Notes under the pieces: model-generated | The model's database searches: none | What the model saw: only the letters and a program-made list of their open reading frames with translations | Told to the model about the DNA's origin: nothing | Made by a program: the position numbers and the translations under genes | Shown: positions 24,200 to 35,974 of the stretch, piece after piece | Layout: each line of letters starts with the position of its first letter | Position numbering within the stretch: the stretch's first letter is position 1 | From: Kudoa neothunni | Lineage: Eukaryota > Animalia > Cnidaria | Direction of reading: 5' to 3' | Length of the DNA: 64,000 nucleotides | NCBI GenBank assembly: GCA_964304625.1 | Contig: OZ199839.1 | Coordinates: 6,144,311 to 6,208,310 of the forward strand

Positions 24200-27100
24200 T
24201 TGCCATGACTACTAATATTCGAAACGAAGGCACGCCCCAGGGATTAATTGTGTCTTGTGCTTGCCCAGGATCCGAAAATTCATTTAGTGGCTTGGTGGAT
24301 ACAGGATCGTCGCATACCCTCATTAATGGAAAACTTATCAATAATAGTATGAATGTAGTGGAGTGTCCTTATATGTGTCTTTTCTCTGCGCGTGGCGACA
24401 AGATTGAAATATCGCATTTTATCACAATTCAAGTGCATATTGGTAGAGTTTGGGTAGATTGCAAAGCATTTATTGTTAACAATCTGATATACGATGCTAT
24501 TATTGGGAGAGATTTTTTGTTCGAACATTGTAATATCATTATTGATACGAAATTATCTGATGGTCATTTGAACAATATCCCGCCAAGGAGCCAGTCGGTC
24601 AATACAATAAAATATCCATTACAGTCACTGGTAAAATCCCGAGATATCAAAGGTGTTAATATGGTTCGGTCTGTGGAAAGAGCTGGTGATTGCTCAGTCG
24701 GAGAATACGCCATCCATAGGATTGTAACCGACGGTCACGAACCAATTTCATCTAGACCCTATAGAGTTCCCATACACTACAGGGATGCGGTAGACAAAGA
24801 AATAGACAGGATGCTATCGTTGGGAGTGATACAACGATCAAAAAGTGCTTGGTCATCTCCAGTTGTGATAGTGGAGAAGAAGAGCGGTGATCTACGTCTG
24901 TGCGTCGATTACAGGAAATTGAACGATGTGACCGTAAAAGATGAATATCCACTGCCAATTCTTGAAGAAGTATTGGATTCACTTGGGGGTGCAAATTTTT
25001 TCTCAACTCTGGACTTGCAATCCGGCTATTGGCAAATACCGATGGCACCGGAGGATGTTGAAAAAACTGCATTTAGTCATGGTCGTGGACTTTACGAATT
25101 TCTCAAAATGCCCTTCGGATTGTGTAATGGTCCAGCCACATTCCAAAGAATAATGGACAGACTACTTAGCGATTTGCCCTTTGCTATAGCATACCTTGAC
25201 GATATTGTGATATTCTCAAAGTCAAAATCTGAACATATGGACCACGTTGATATAGTATTGGAGAGGCTGGACACGGCAAATTTGAAAATTAACAACGAAA
25301 AATCCAAATTCTGCAAAAACGAGCTGGCTTATTTGGGATTCATTATCTCCAAGGATGGTATTCGGAATGACCCTGATAGAGTAAAAAGTATATTGGACTG
25401 GAAAGAACCAAAATCCAAAGATGACTTGCAAGCTTTTCTTGGCGCTTTAAACTTTATGCATAGACACATTAAAGGATTGGCTAAGCTCTCATCACATTTT
25501 ACGGATATGATGTCATCGAAGGTACCATTCAAATGGGATGACGACGAAAGGAAAATGTTCCGCATATTGAAGGAGGCTGTAAAGGAGTCACCTACTTTAG
25601 CATATCCGAATCCGGACATTCCATTCTATCTTGAATGTGATGCATCAAATACAGCTGTTGGAGCAGTGCTTTATCAGAGCCCGGAGAGAAAAGATGTCAT
25701 TGCCTATACAAGTAAAAAGTTAAATTGCAGCCAAAAGAACTATAGTGTGACAGACAGAGAGGCATTGGCGATCGTAAACGCTGTACGAAAATTTCGACAT
25801 TACTTGATTGGGAAAAAATTCTTCATATTGACAGATCACAATCCCCTGGTCTATTTGAGGAGCATGAAAGATCCAAGAGGGAGACGCGCTCGTTGGTTGA
25901 TGGAAATGGAAGACTATTGTTATGAAATTATGTATAAACCTGGATGTCAAAACAACATTGCGGATGCCCTGTCCAGAAGCGTGCTCAGTATGGGAACATA
26001 TGCTACCTACGATCAATTAAGGACAGCACAAAACGAGGATAAATGCATACAAGTCGCTAAAAATGCCAAGAGGAATCCGACGGAATCGACAAAATTATCT
26101 GGAAACTCTGAACTGAAGAAATTGTATGATAGAAGAGACAAATTGGAAATGGTGGATGGATTACTTTGTCACGCCTCACGTTTTGGTAAATTACCTGTTG
26201 TTCCATGGCGAATGAGAAGAATGATCGTTAAAAAAGTACATGAGGAATGTGCACACTCAGGAATAACGAAGACAGTACAAGTATTACGGAGAAATTTTTA
26301 TTGGCCAACGCTAGAAGACGATGTTACATCTATGATAAAAAAGTGTGATATATGCCTGAAAGTGAAAGGAAATACTCATAAAGTAAAAGCACCACTAATG
26401 CCGATCCCCGTGCTAGGTCCTTGTGTAAGATGGCACGTAGATTTTATGGGACCAATGGAAACTACATCAAACGGTAATAGGTTTGTAATTCTATTTATAG
26501 ATCAATTTACTAAATGGGTGGAAGCAAAAGCCTTATCAACAATCACAGCTAAAGAAACCGCGGATGCTTTCTTTGAATTGATAATATCGCGCCACGGTTG
26601 CCCGAAATATCTACATTCGGATCAAGGAGTTCAGTTTGAATCAGTATTATTCGGTGATGTCTGTAGACTTTTTGGTGTTCAAAAGTCGCGGTCGACGGCC
26701 TATCACCCGGAAGGAAATGGCATGGCAGAGCGTCAAGTACGTAACATAAAAACTAAACTTAAAGCTCTCATTCTGGAAAACAACGCAGAATGGGACCAAA
26801 GTTTAGATAAAGCCCTTCTGGCTACTAGAATAACGCCGTCAGCAACTACGGGTTATAGCCCCGCGTATTTAATGTATGGTAGAGAATTAGTTACACCTAC
26901 TAGTACAATATCCTACAATCTAAACAATGCTGTTACAAACCCTCATGTTTACGCTGAGAAACTCTCGAATGCAATGAGAAGCGCATTAAACAAAGCAAAA
27001 GAGAATATAGAAGAGGCACAAACGAAACAGTCTTATTACTACAACCGCAAAAATGTCAATGGAAAACAGAAAATAGGAAGTCATGTCTACATAAAGAATA

Positions 27101-27333
27101 GGAAAATCACTTCACTTGCCCCAAAATATGAAGGACCATATAAGGTAATAAAGGCAAAAGGCCCTGTTTGTTTTGTTGAAAACCACACCAATAAAATTCA
27201 GTCCGTCCATGAAAATGACGTCTTGCCAACATATACCATCGATGAGTCAAATACCAATCCGAACACTAAACAAAACAATAGACCTACGAGAAACAAGAAA
27301 AGGCCGCTATACCTTGATGATTTCGAAGTATAA
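24139..27333 (+). CDS. pol: Pol polyprotein (protease, RT, RNase H, integrase), in the -1 frame relative to gag
   Basis: LVDTGS protease; LRLCVDYRKLN, MPFGL and YLDDI RT; DAS...TDH RNase H; HEECAH...C..C and D,D,E integrase; GPY motif. The ORF track starts it at ATG 24205, but the frame is open from the slippery site. Confidence 0.97.
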   Translation, partial: RKRGQAYSRASLPNSPKLESIAMTTNIRNEGTPQGLIVSCACPGSENSFSGLVDTGSSHTLINGKLINNSMNVVECPYMCLFSARGDKIEISHFITIQVHIGRVWVDCKAFIVNNLIYDAIIGRDFLFEHCNIIIDTKLSDGHLNNIPPRSQSVNTIKYPLQSLVKSRDIKGVNMVRSVERAGDCSVGEYAIHRIVTDGHEPISSRPYRVPIHYRDAVDKEIDRMLSLGVIQRSKSAWSSPVVIVEKKSGDLRLCVDYRKLNDVTVKDEYPLPILEEVLDSLGGANFFSTLDLQSGYWQIPMAPEDVEKTAFSHGRGLYEFLKMPFGLCNGPATFQRIMDRLLSDLPFAIAYLDDIVIFSKSKSEHMDHVDIVLERLDTANLKINNEKSKFCKNELAYLGFIISKDGIRNDPDRVKSILDWKEPKSKDDLQAFLGALNFMHRHIKGLAKLSSHFTDMMSSKVPFKWDDDERKMFRILKEAVKESPTLAYPNPDIPFYLECDASNTAVGAVLYQSPERKDVIAYTSKKLNCSQKNYSVTDREALAIVNAVRKFRHYLIGKKFFILTDHNPLVYLRSMKDPRGRRARWLMEMEDYCYEIMYKPGCQNNIADALSRSVLSMGTYATYDQLRTAQNEDKCIQVAKNAKRNPTESTKLSGNSELKKLYDRRDKLEMVDGLLCHASRFGKLPVVPWRMRRMIVKKVHEECAHSGITKTVQVLRRNFYWPTLEDDVTSMIKKCDICLKVKGNTHKVKAPLMPIPVLGPCVRWHVDFMGPMETTSNGNRFVILFIDQFTKWVEAKALSTITAKETADAFFELIISRHGCPKYLHSDQGVQFESVLFGDVCRLFGVQKSRSTAYHPEGNGMAERQVRNIKTKLKALILENNAEWDQSLDKALLATRITPSATTGYSPAYLMYGRELVTPTSTISYNLNNAVTNPHVYAEKLSNAMRSALNKAKENIEEAQTKQSYYYNRKNVNGKQKIGSHVYIKNRKITSLAPKYEGPYKVIKAKGPVCFVENHTNKIQSVHENDVLPTYTIDESNTNPNTKQNNRPTRNKKRPLYLDDFEV

Positions 27334-27344
27334 TCCATTATTCT

Positions 27345-27358
27345 AAAAGGGGGAGTAA
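27345..27358 (+). promoter_or_regulatory. Polypurine tract
   Basis: AAAAGGGGGAGTAA immediately before the 3' LTR. Confidence 0.85.
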
Positions 27359-27475
27359 TGTAGTGAACCTAATATAATTAATCATCACCTTTATGTTATG
27401 GTCGAGGTTCGTCGTCGGTGGCGTGGTTAGTTTTGTTGAACCGTGTTTTCTATAGCTTGTCGCTGCCGCGTTACA
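27359..27475 (+). repeat. 3' LTR (117 bp)
   Basis: Direct repeat of 23311-23427, followed by the TSD CAGTA. Confidence 0.97.
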
Positions 27476-28504
27476 CAGTAACTTATGGATCGTGCGAAAT
27501 TAGAAGACATACGTAATATCGCAATAAAACGTAAATTTAAGAATATATAGAAAAGTTAATTTGTATTCTATAAACTTTATAATAAAAATAACGTATTTCC
27601 TAAATTTACCTTTAGAAAAATTAAAATAATAATTGTCATGTATTTTATGGCTCGTGCGTAATGAATTTTCTTCAAAACAGAAAAAATTATGCCTTATGCG
27701 TCTACAGATGGTAAAAAAATTCCAACGCTATCCAAAAAGTTGAAATTATAAAATATTATTATAACCATACAGACTGCTTTTTTAACATAATAACGATTAT
27801 TCTATTCATAAGTAATAGCAACTCTTAAAAGGGAGAATAAATGGATATTTATCTAAAAATGAAGGAGTGGATTGAACTGAATAGAGCAAAGAAGACGGAA
27901 TAACCTCAATATTTTGTTATCAGTAAATCTAATGAATTTTTTATGATGCCTCGAAATCAATACCTGTGTCTATTAGTTGGTTTATGACTTTGTAAAAAGG
28001 TTTAACATTTCGCATAATAGATTTTTAGCGAATCTTAAAATTTAAATCTACTTCCATTACGAATTAAATCGAATATTAAACTAAATAAATATGTTAGTTG
28101 GTTGAAATATAACCTAATTTAAAAATTTTTGTTTAATTTCGCACTATCCATAGGTCATTGTATATTGTTCAAATTTAATTGAAAAAGTAATAACATAAGA
28201 TATACGAAAAATATAAGGATTCTTAATATATTGAAAACTTTTATAAAAAGATTAAATTAATATAAAAAATGAAGTTTGATGAAATAATGATAACTTTAGC
28301 GTATTTTCTTAATTAATAGATGCCGTAGTTGAAGTCAATTTTGTACGTTTTAATATATATAATATATATCCCTCAAATTTTAAAAAAATAATTAATTATT
28401 TAAACTAAGAGCTATGTTTACTGTATGCACGTTTATGTGAAAAATTGCAAAAAATAGAATTATACATAAACCATTCTAATATATAATGTGTATGACAGTA
28501 TTTA

Positions 28505-31218
28505 TTATTTATTTTGAATTGCCTTTTTTACAATGGACATTTCTCTACCTGAAATTGAGCAAAGATCTGATAATATCATCAAATAATGTAGTTTCTACGT
28601 GAAGATTAGATTATTGGGTTAGAATTAAACTATTACATGTTCCATGTTGTCAGTACATAATAATTTCAGAATTACATTTTTGGTGTACCTGAAAAGTTAA
28701 TTATACTAATCATCAAGAAAAGTGTCATACTGCAGCCGAATAACTAGACACTTAGTTAGCTCGCCGATCGATTGAGATTTTTCGTGTTCGTTGAATAAAT
28801 GCCCATACTCCTCAACTACTTCAAGTTTTTCCTGCGCGTAATCTTTATTTATCTCCTATATGATGCGTTGGATATTTTTGTTAGGTTTGATAAATTTACT
28901 TGCTGATCCAAAAGTTCTTCTTTCAACTTTTTACAATCAATATTAAGATGACTGATTTTGGCGCGAAGCTCTTGAATCATGTTGCTCTGGTGATGGTGAC
29001 TTTTCAGGCTCTCTTCAAGTTGATTTTTCAACTCACTCACATTTGTAAGCTTAAATATAATTGATCGACTGATAGTCAATAATAGATTGTAGTGTACATT
29101 TATATTAGCTTGATTCAAAGCATCGTTTGAACTCTGGGAGATTGTTTTATTGATCTCTTTAATATGTTGATATTTTTTCTTTAGTTTATTCACCTAAATT
29201 TTTTATTTAATAGATCATTAATTTTACTTAGATATTTATTCAAAATTGAATTAGAACATCTTGTACAATTATCCAATAAATTTTTATCTTCAAAGTAGAA
29301 TTAGATTCTATTTACTTTTTAAAAATTATAAGGATTAATATTAATAAAGATATTAATAATAGTTAATTTTGTTATATAAGAATTTATTCCTCCGATGACT
29401 AAATTAAATATATTTGAAAATTCTTTATATAATTTGAGATGTGATAAATGTAAACTGAAATTTAAATTAAATAAACAACTCCAATCTAGAATTTTGGAAT
29501 AATAGTTTTAATTCACATTAACTTAGTTATTTAATACGTCAAATGTTATACGCAAATTTTTTGTATGTTACGCATGCGCGAGATATTGCAAACTTTCGTT
29601 CTTAACTTAATGTAGATAAAGATTATTAGATTATGGGACCTATCAAATTTATTATTTGGATTATTTTAACAATAATGGTTATTATATAATTCATAGGTCG
29701 TTAATTATTAATTTTCTAGTAATGTACAATTTATTCATTTTAAATCTTCAAATAAATTATTATTGTATAAAAAAAAGTTTGTTTACAAAAATTTTAAGTA
29801 ACCAGTCTATGGCTGATAATTAATCAACAAATGATTAAAGTATATTTTCCTCCTTTGTAGTAAATACATGTTTGAAAAATTTACATTTAAAAAGGCACTT
29901 TTTAAATATATTAATTAAATACTTTTGATTCATTTTTTGATATTTCCAAAAAGTGTTTTTTAGCCATTTCTTCTAACCTAAATGAAAAATAAACATTAAA
30001 AATATTAATAAATTAATACTGTGAACATAATTCATTAATTTTTTCATTTTGTTGATCTATGATGTTGTCTTTTTGGGAAATTTGTTGTTGCAACTATAAT
30101 TTGAAAATGTTGTCAGCTTTAATAAGAAGCCAATAAATTACTGAATATTTTATGCGATTGACCGTATTGTTGTCAATATAGTTTTTATTGACTGAATCCG
30201 CCTATAAAGGATCATACAAGAAGTTGGGTACAAATATTACTCTCTTAAGTCTTATTTCTAAGGATTGGTTTTGTTGCATCAGTTGGTCGTTGATTTGCAT
30301 AAGTTGTTTTATCTGCTCATCCAATGAATCATTTAGTTCAGTGGCTTTTTTATTTTCCTCAATCAGATCTAGCATTTTCCTCTCGATTTCCATTATTTGA
30401 GTGTACTGGGTTTGGAAGTTGTTCTCATAATTATTGAGTTTACTCTGCTAGAATAATCATAAAAGTTTCATAATTTCTTATTACCATCATTTGATTTGTC
30501 TTTTCCAATAGTAGATTTTTGTTATCCTAGATCAAACTTTAAAATTACTCTAGCTACCCTCCTACCTGATCAACTGCATTGACTAAATTAGGCTCAACCA
30601 CATCACTAAAAGTACAAGTCTAAATGAGCTAAAAATAAAGATGGCTTGAATAGATTCAACAATTACAGTGTTGATACTATTGATAGTGCTGTTTGAACTA
30701 GAACTTGAGCAATCGTTTTCGTTAAAATTATTTGAAGAAATATGGGTGAGGTTTCTCGAAGATGGTAGTTTAAACCCTGCTGCAAAGTTGTCCAAAAATT
30801 CTATTACAATTTAAGTATTAAAATAAGTAATCACGATGATAGTCAATAATGTACGTGAGTTAACTGAACACGAACTGGAAAATGATATATCTGCATCTCT
30901 GAATAACTCCCCGGCTTTGTTTTCGTCAGCTGAATCGTAATGTACAGTAGGTTGAGCCTCATGATGTAGTTGGGCAACTGGGCTTCCCCAACGAGGTCTT
31001 ATTGAACCAACCGATTTATCCAGTGGAATAAAATTCAGTTTTGAATCATTTTCTGGTCCATCACTATTCGTGTCCATATTGAACGATTCTTTCTGGCTCG
31101 CCCATGTCCCTAACAATGATTTCTTGTTAGCTGGATCTGAATTCAGGTTTTCAGTTGTATTGTTCCCAGTAGACTGGTTTAATTCACTCAAAATTTTAGT
31201 TTTTAAACTTTGAAACAT
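28505..31218 (-). CDS. GRIP-domain golgin (golgin-97/245-like), multi-exon
   Basis: N-terminus MFQSLKTKILSEL (cf. MFxKLKxKIxEE of GOLGA1/GOLGA4); coiled-coil exons (30202-30393, 28849-29193); spliced C-terminus EVVEEYTKNVILKLLCTDNMEH|KLHYLMILSDLCSISGREMSIVKK fits a GRIP domain. Confidence 0.7.
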
Positions 31219-32535
31219 CACTAACAAATAGTTTTATTTGAATGAGTCTATTCATCTCTGAATGACACCTTTGTAGAACTAATTGTAAAATGTGTGATAT
31301 AGTTGTCCAAACAACTGTCCTCTGAAGATGTGTTTGTGTTATATAATAACGATTAAAACATATACAATTGATTCTTTGGAGACAGGAAAATACAAATATT
31401 AAAGAAAGATTTTAAATTATGCGAAACTTATTGGATTTTGGCTAGTAGCCCTATGTTTCATATAAAAAATTACGACTCTCGTGAATCTTCAATACTAATT
31501 ATAAAAGATGTCGTTATATGAGTCCCTATATTCCTATATGTGTGAGGATCGACAAATTTCCCTTTTCGAATGAAGCTCGAGTTGATCAATGAAGCTCTAA
31601 ATGTATGGCAAGGCTATACGAGTTTTCATGTTACTATAAAATTCGTTTTCGATAAAAACTATAATAAGCCAAACAAGTGTGTTTTTATGTTAAATACTTA
31701 GGGTATTGTGGGAAGAGAACATGAGGAATGTTATATGACCCTTCGAGTTGCCTTTAGCGTTAATAGAGACGGCCTGGTCTGTAAAATCTAAAAAATCTAA
31801 AAATCATCAAAAAGTTATTCGCCGTTTAAAAAAACTCTTCAAAGGTTTGACATATAAATACAAATCGAAGACATTTAATAGTTAACATGGTCTATAACGA
31901 ATGCCTCCCTTGCGAAACAAAGAAGTATTGATCGGAAGGAAAGATTTCAATTAGCAGCATCCGGAGAAATGATCCAGCAGATATATCTATCATCTAGCCT
32001 TAATTTCACCATATTAAAATTATTTAATAAATAATCAAAACTAATGAATAACAATATTTTCACAATATTTAAAATATTAGATATTAAATTATTTATTTTC
32101 TAAAATATATTTTTAGAAAGCATAAGACCGACGACATGCACTAAAATTAATTAAGAACGTTTCCCCCAGGATATATCAAATAATAATTAAGCATAAAAAT
32201 GGAGAAACCAATACTAAACAACTCATGTTTTTGACTACTAGGTTTGGAATCTATGTAAAAATAATTAACGAAAAGTTGTAAATTAAATGAACCACTAAAT
32301 ACCTATGGTAAGGTACCTACGAATGAAAGCGGCTACTAATCATTTTACTAAGCAGTAATTTCTCAAAAAAATTAATGAATTAAGAATTTTTCGTGCATTA
32401 CCAGTGTTTGAACTTGAAATAATCCAAAATGAGAAACTTATAAGAGTTAGACTATCGTATAACTGCGCAAATTACCACTCATTGAGACATAAAAACAAAC
32501 AATTTAAATAAGTGAGTAAGAATGATATTTTATAG

Positions 32536-33673
32536 TTAACGTACTACTTTACCTTGTGAAGTGTAAAATTTTCTCAAGTTTTGAAACTTGGGGGGTAGAG
32601 GAATTATTTTCAGAGACGGCCAATGAAATCGATTGCCAAATGAAGAATCCATCATATCACCAATATCTACATAGTCTTGAATATCACAACCAGGGTCTGA
32701 TGCTCTTGATTTGGATCTAATTTTGGGAGTGCCCTTCACAGTTGCATTGGGCAATGAGTTAGAATCAAGCATTGTTTCCACCGAGTCTACACATGCCAAG
32801 TCACAAATCTAATGAATTATTTTTGCATAAATCATACTCGATTTTTTCATTGGAAGTTTTGGACGAGGATCACCAATTGAATTAGGTTTGTGCAATTCAT
32901 TATCTGGCACTACATAATGATAAAAAAATGCCACATAAGAATAATCGAAAGAAATGGGGAAATTACCAGAAAACTTGGTAGATCTTGCTGGCCTTGGTGG
33001 AGGCCCTTTAACACTTAAAAACCAATTAAACACACGAACCAATGAGTTGATGAAAATGACTATCTCTCTAATTACATGTCACCCGGCGAATTATATAACG
33101 AATTTTTCGACAAGGAACCTACGGACACAAATAGAATCCATGGGGATACGATAAAAAGTTACCAGACTTTGGGGGAATAACTGGAAGAAATCCTTTGTTC
33201 AGTTGCACAGTAGATTCACCATTATCTCCTCTAGTTGATCGGTTACGACCTGGTGGTGTTGGAGGGGCATTTTTGGTTGGCATTGCTGGTAGATTTTTAG
33301 AACGGAAGTTTGATAGTTCGGATTCCTGATTCGAAATGGAAGATGGGTTTCTGAATGATGATCTTACTCCAGGTATGGGTGGTGGTGGTCCCCTCGGTAA
33401 CGGAGGGGGTGGGCCTTTTATTGAAGACCTACTTTTTACTAAAAAACATCAAATCAGAGTTAAAAACCATTGTTTATAAGTATGCAAAAACAAAATCTAT
33501 TTATAAATATTTTGTATGTACCCTCTTCATTGTCGACAGTATCTTGACGAGGAGGTGGCGGTGGAGGAGGCCCAGTATTGCCTCCCGCGTTAGCTGCCGG
33601 TGCTCTTAAAACAGTTGAAATTCTATTGAAAAGTATTGATAATTGAAACTTACGAATTTCCTCCTTTTCGCAT
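32536..33673 (-). CDS. WIP/verprolin-like proline-rich protein
   Basis: MRKGGNS|ISTVLRAPAANAGGNTGPPPPPPPR..., KGPPPPLPRGPPPPIPG..., KGPPPRPARS. C-terminal SFGNRFHWPSLKIIPLPPKFQNLRKFYTSQ matches the WIP WASP-binding motif (ESRF.FHP.SDLPPPE.Y....K.YPS). Start codon tentative. Confidence 0.7.
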
Positions 33674-35529
33674 TCAAATAACAAAAAATCTACTATCCAA
33701 ATTTAACACTTTGTGATTTTTTCGTTTAATTAGGCTGTCTGCCTGGTCCCACTCTAATAACACTACAGAAACAGCATTAATTTCAACTTCTCTCCAATCG
33801 AAAGTAAGTAATAAACGATTACAAACAAGCAGTTTACGTTAAATGACAGGTTAAAAGCTTAATAACTCTAACTAATACGCTTATAGTTTTACACGAAGTT
33901 CTACAACTTTATCGAACAGGGGATTTTATCGGATTCCACTGAGATACGCGCTGATATGACATGATATTCCTACAAATCATTGGACGCTTGGGTTCAAACC
34001 ATTTTTTGAGAATCCCTCTCTGCCAATAAAAAAAGCTTTTACACTCTTATTTGAAATAGGCTTAAACATATTAATCGGTGCTTTGCATTAAACCTTATCC
34101 AAAATTTGCATTCGAATAATTGTAAAAACATTTTAATATTTAATTAATTATTTAAAAGAATAATTAAAAAATTGTATTCATGAATGAAAACGCTAATGTG
34201 ATGATTTTTATCAAATTTTACAATTATTGAGTCATATCACGAACATGACGAATAATATATCCTCTTTGTGCTTAAATAATACCTAACTTATGTGAAAAAT
34301 TTTCCAATCTAACTATATATCGCTAAGTCACCCATTCAGTTCAGAAATTTATAGCAGTTATATTGGTATAATAACGCTCGGAATTTTTGTTATTATCTAA
34401 ATCGGCTATTAAACATGAAAATATTTAAAACGATGATTCATTTGTTCAACTGTCAGCTTTGTTTCACCATAACAATTTATCCTATTACTGAAAATCTAAA
34501 ACTCAGCTGTTAATGATAAATTTTCATAAAAGACTGATGCATTTAAGCCAGAATGTATCTAAAACATACTGTCGACTTGAGAGTTCATATGACTGTGGTG
34601 GCCAAAATTGAAAATTGTTTAAGCTAATTTAATTAAACGACAAACTTAGTTATCCACTGGTCGTGTATTCCTGCCTACCAAACCACGAACCACAGTCGAA
34701 TATATTCGTGTTTAGGAAGCTAATTGTTCTTTCAAATAATCGGTGAGGGTCGGATTATTTTTAAATTAATAATTCAGCCATTTATTGATTTAAACTTATT
34801 TTAAAATAACACATCATTGAATTTTAATATATTTAAGGGGATTTAGTTATGAAAAAACATTAAGGAGTTAATAACATGACACTGAAGAGAAGAAACGTTT
34901 TTATTGTGATTAGTCTTAATTATATTATCCATGGGAGATATTTTGATTATATCCAACATGTATGAGATAAATTTTAAATCATTCGACCCAACATGGCACT
35001 AATATTTTCTAATAAGTCATCTTTAGGTAGGCTTTAAACATCTAACAGACTTTATCTGATGTTAATTATGAACAGCTTGGCACAGAGATTAAATTTATAA
35101 GATTAATTTTATCTCCTGTGAGTTTAATTCAAGACATAAGATAAGTTATCTATTAATTTTTAAAGGAAACTTATTGTCAGATGATCCTGCTTTAGCGATA
35201 AATCAAGATAAGATAGATCATGGTAGTTATTAGTGTATTTTATCAATATTCATGAGTATATTAAAGATTGGTTAATTAGATATATATTTGAATAATTTTC
35301 ATTTTTGTTTCTCGATAATTATTATTATACATTATCTGTAATAAAGGAGAAAAATTAATGATTAAATTGCAGAATAATGGCCATAATCCAAATCAGCGAT
35401 AACGGATAAAAACGAACCTGTTAGTTATTTTAGTTTTTGTATTTATCAGTGTTGCATTATAATTAGGTTACTTTCGGCATTATATTTGTTATCAATAATA
35501 GTTTCAGTAATGTATTATTGAAACAACTG

Positions 35530-35881
35530 TTAACCCCTCCACTTAACTTATCCTTACATACTTATGCGGTAGTGTGGGACTTCAACCCATTAAACATCCT
35601 CGTCTCAGGGCGACCACCACCCCACACACTATCCCTTTAAGCACGTTGGCTCTGTGAGGTCTGAAAAGTACTTACCTTTCGATGGGTTCCGGAGATTCCA
35701 ATTCCTATTTACGCTCACCCCACTTTGCAGCGAGTGTACATTGTAACCACAGCTACCAAATATAGGATAGAGAATCACAGACACGGAAAGCAGTAGTCTA
35801 GTAGTCTGACCATCAGCGGATTCGAACCCATTACCTCGTAGTTCTGAGTCCGAGTGTCACATCGATGTGCTATCCGTCCTC
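35530..35881 (-). mobile_element. tRNA-derived SINE
   Basis: Minus-strand head GAGGACGGATAGCACATCGATG...GGACTCAGAAC...GGGTTCGAATCC, with an A-box-like motif and a perfect B-box (35818-35828), followed by a ~280-nt GC-richer body. It does not fold as a full tRNA and interrupts the foldback arm. Confidence 0.7.
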
Positions 35882-35974
35882 GAGGGTTACTGCAACTGGC
35901 AATACCATTTAATCGATCGAGTAAAGCATACTTTATTTTTCCTAAAATTGGAGTTTGACAAATATGATTTAAAT

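Larger units (their letters stand above)
23311..27475 (+). mobile_element. Intact Ty3/Gypsy LTR retrotransposon (4165 bp)
   Basis: Identical TG...CA LTRs at 23311-23427 and 27359-27475; 5-bp TSD CAGTA (23306-23310, 27476-27480); PBS, PPT, gag and PR-RT-RH-IN pol all present. Confidence 0.98.

Noticed and set aside
24205-24207. ATG as an independent pol start
   Set aside because: The upstream -1 frame is open and a complete frameshift cassette is present, so fusion expression is the simpler explanation.
23668-26016. Numerous minus-strand and alternate-frame ORFs over the retrotransposon
   Set aside because: Shadows of the GC-richer gag/pol sequence; no motifs or independent signals.
31500-32030. 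Possible small plus-strand gene between the golgin and WIP-like genes
   Set aside because: Slightly GC-richer open stretches, but I could not build a consistent exon chain or recognise a motif.
35669-35690. U1 snRNA 5' end (TACTTACCT)
   Set aside because: No U1 stem-loops or Sm site follow; it is the antisense of a donor-like motif inside the SINE.
35805-35881. tRNA gene on the minus strand
   Set aside because: A B-box is present but the acceptor and anticodon stems do not pair and there is no terminator; treated as a SINE head.
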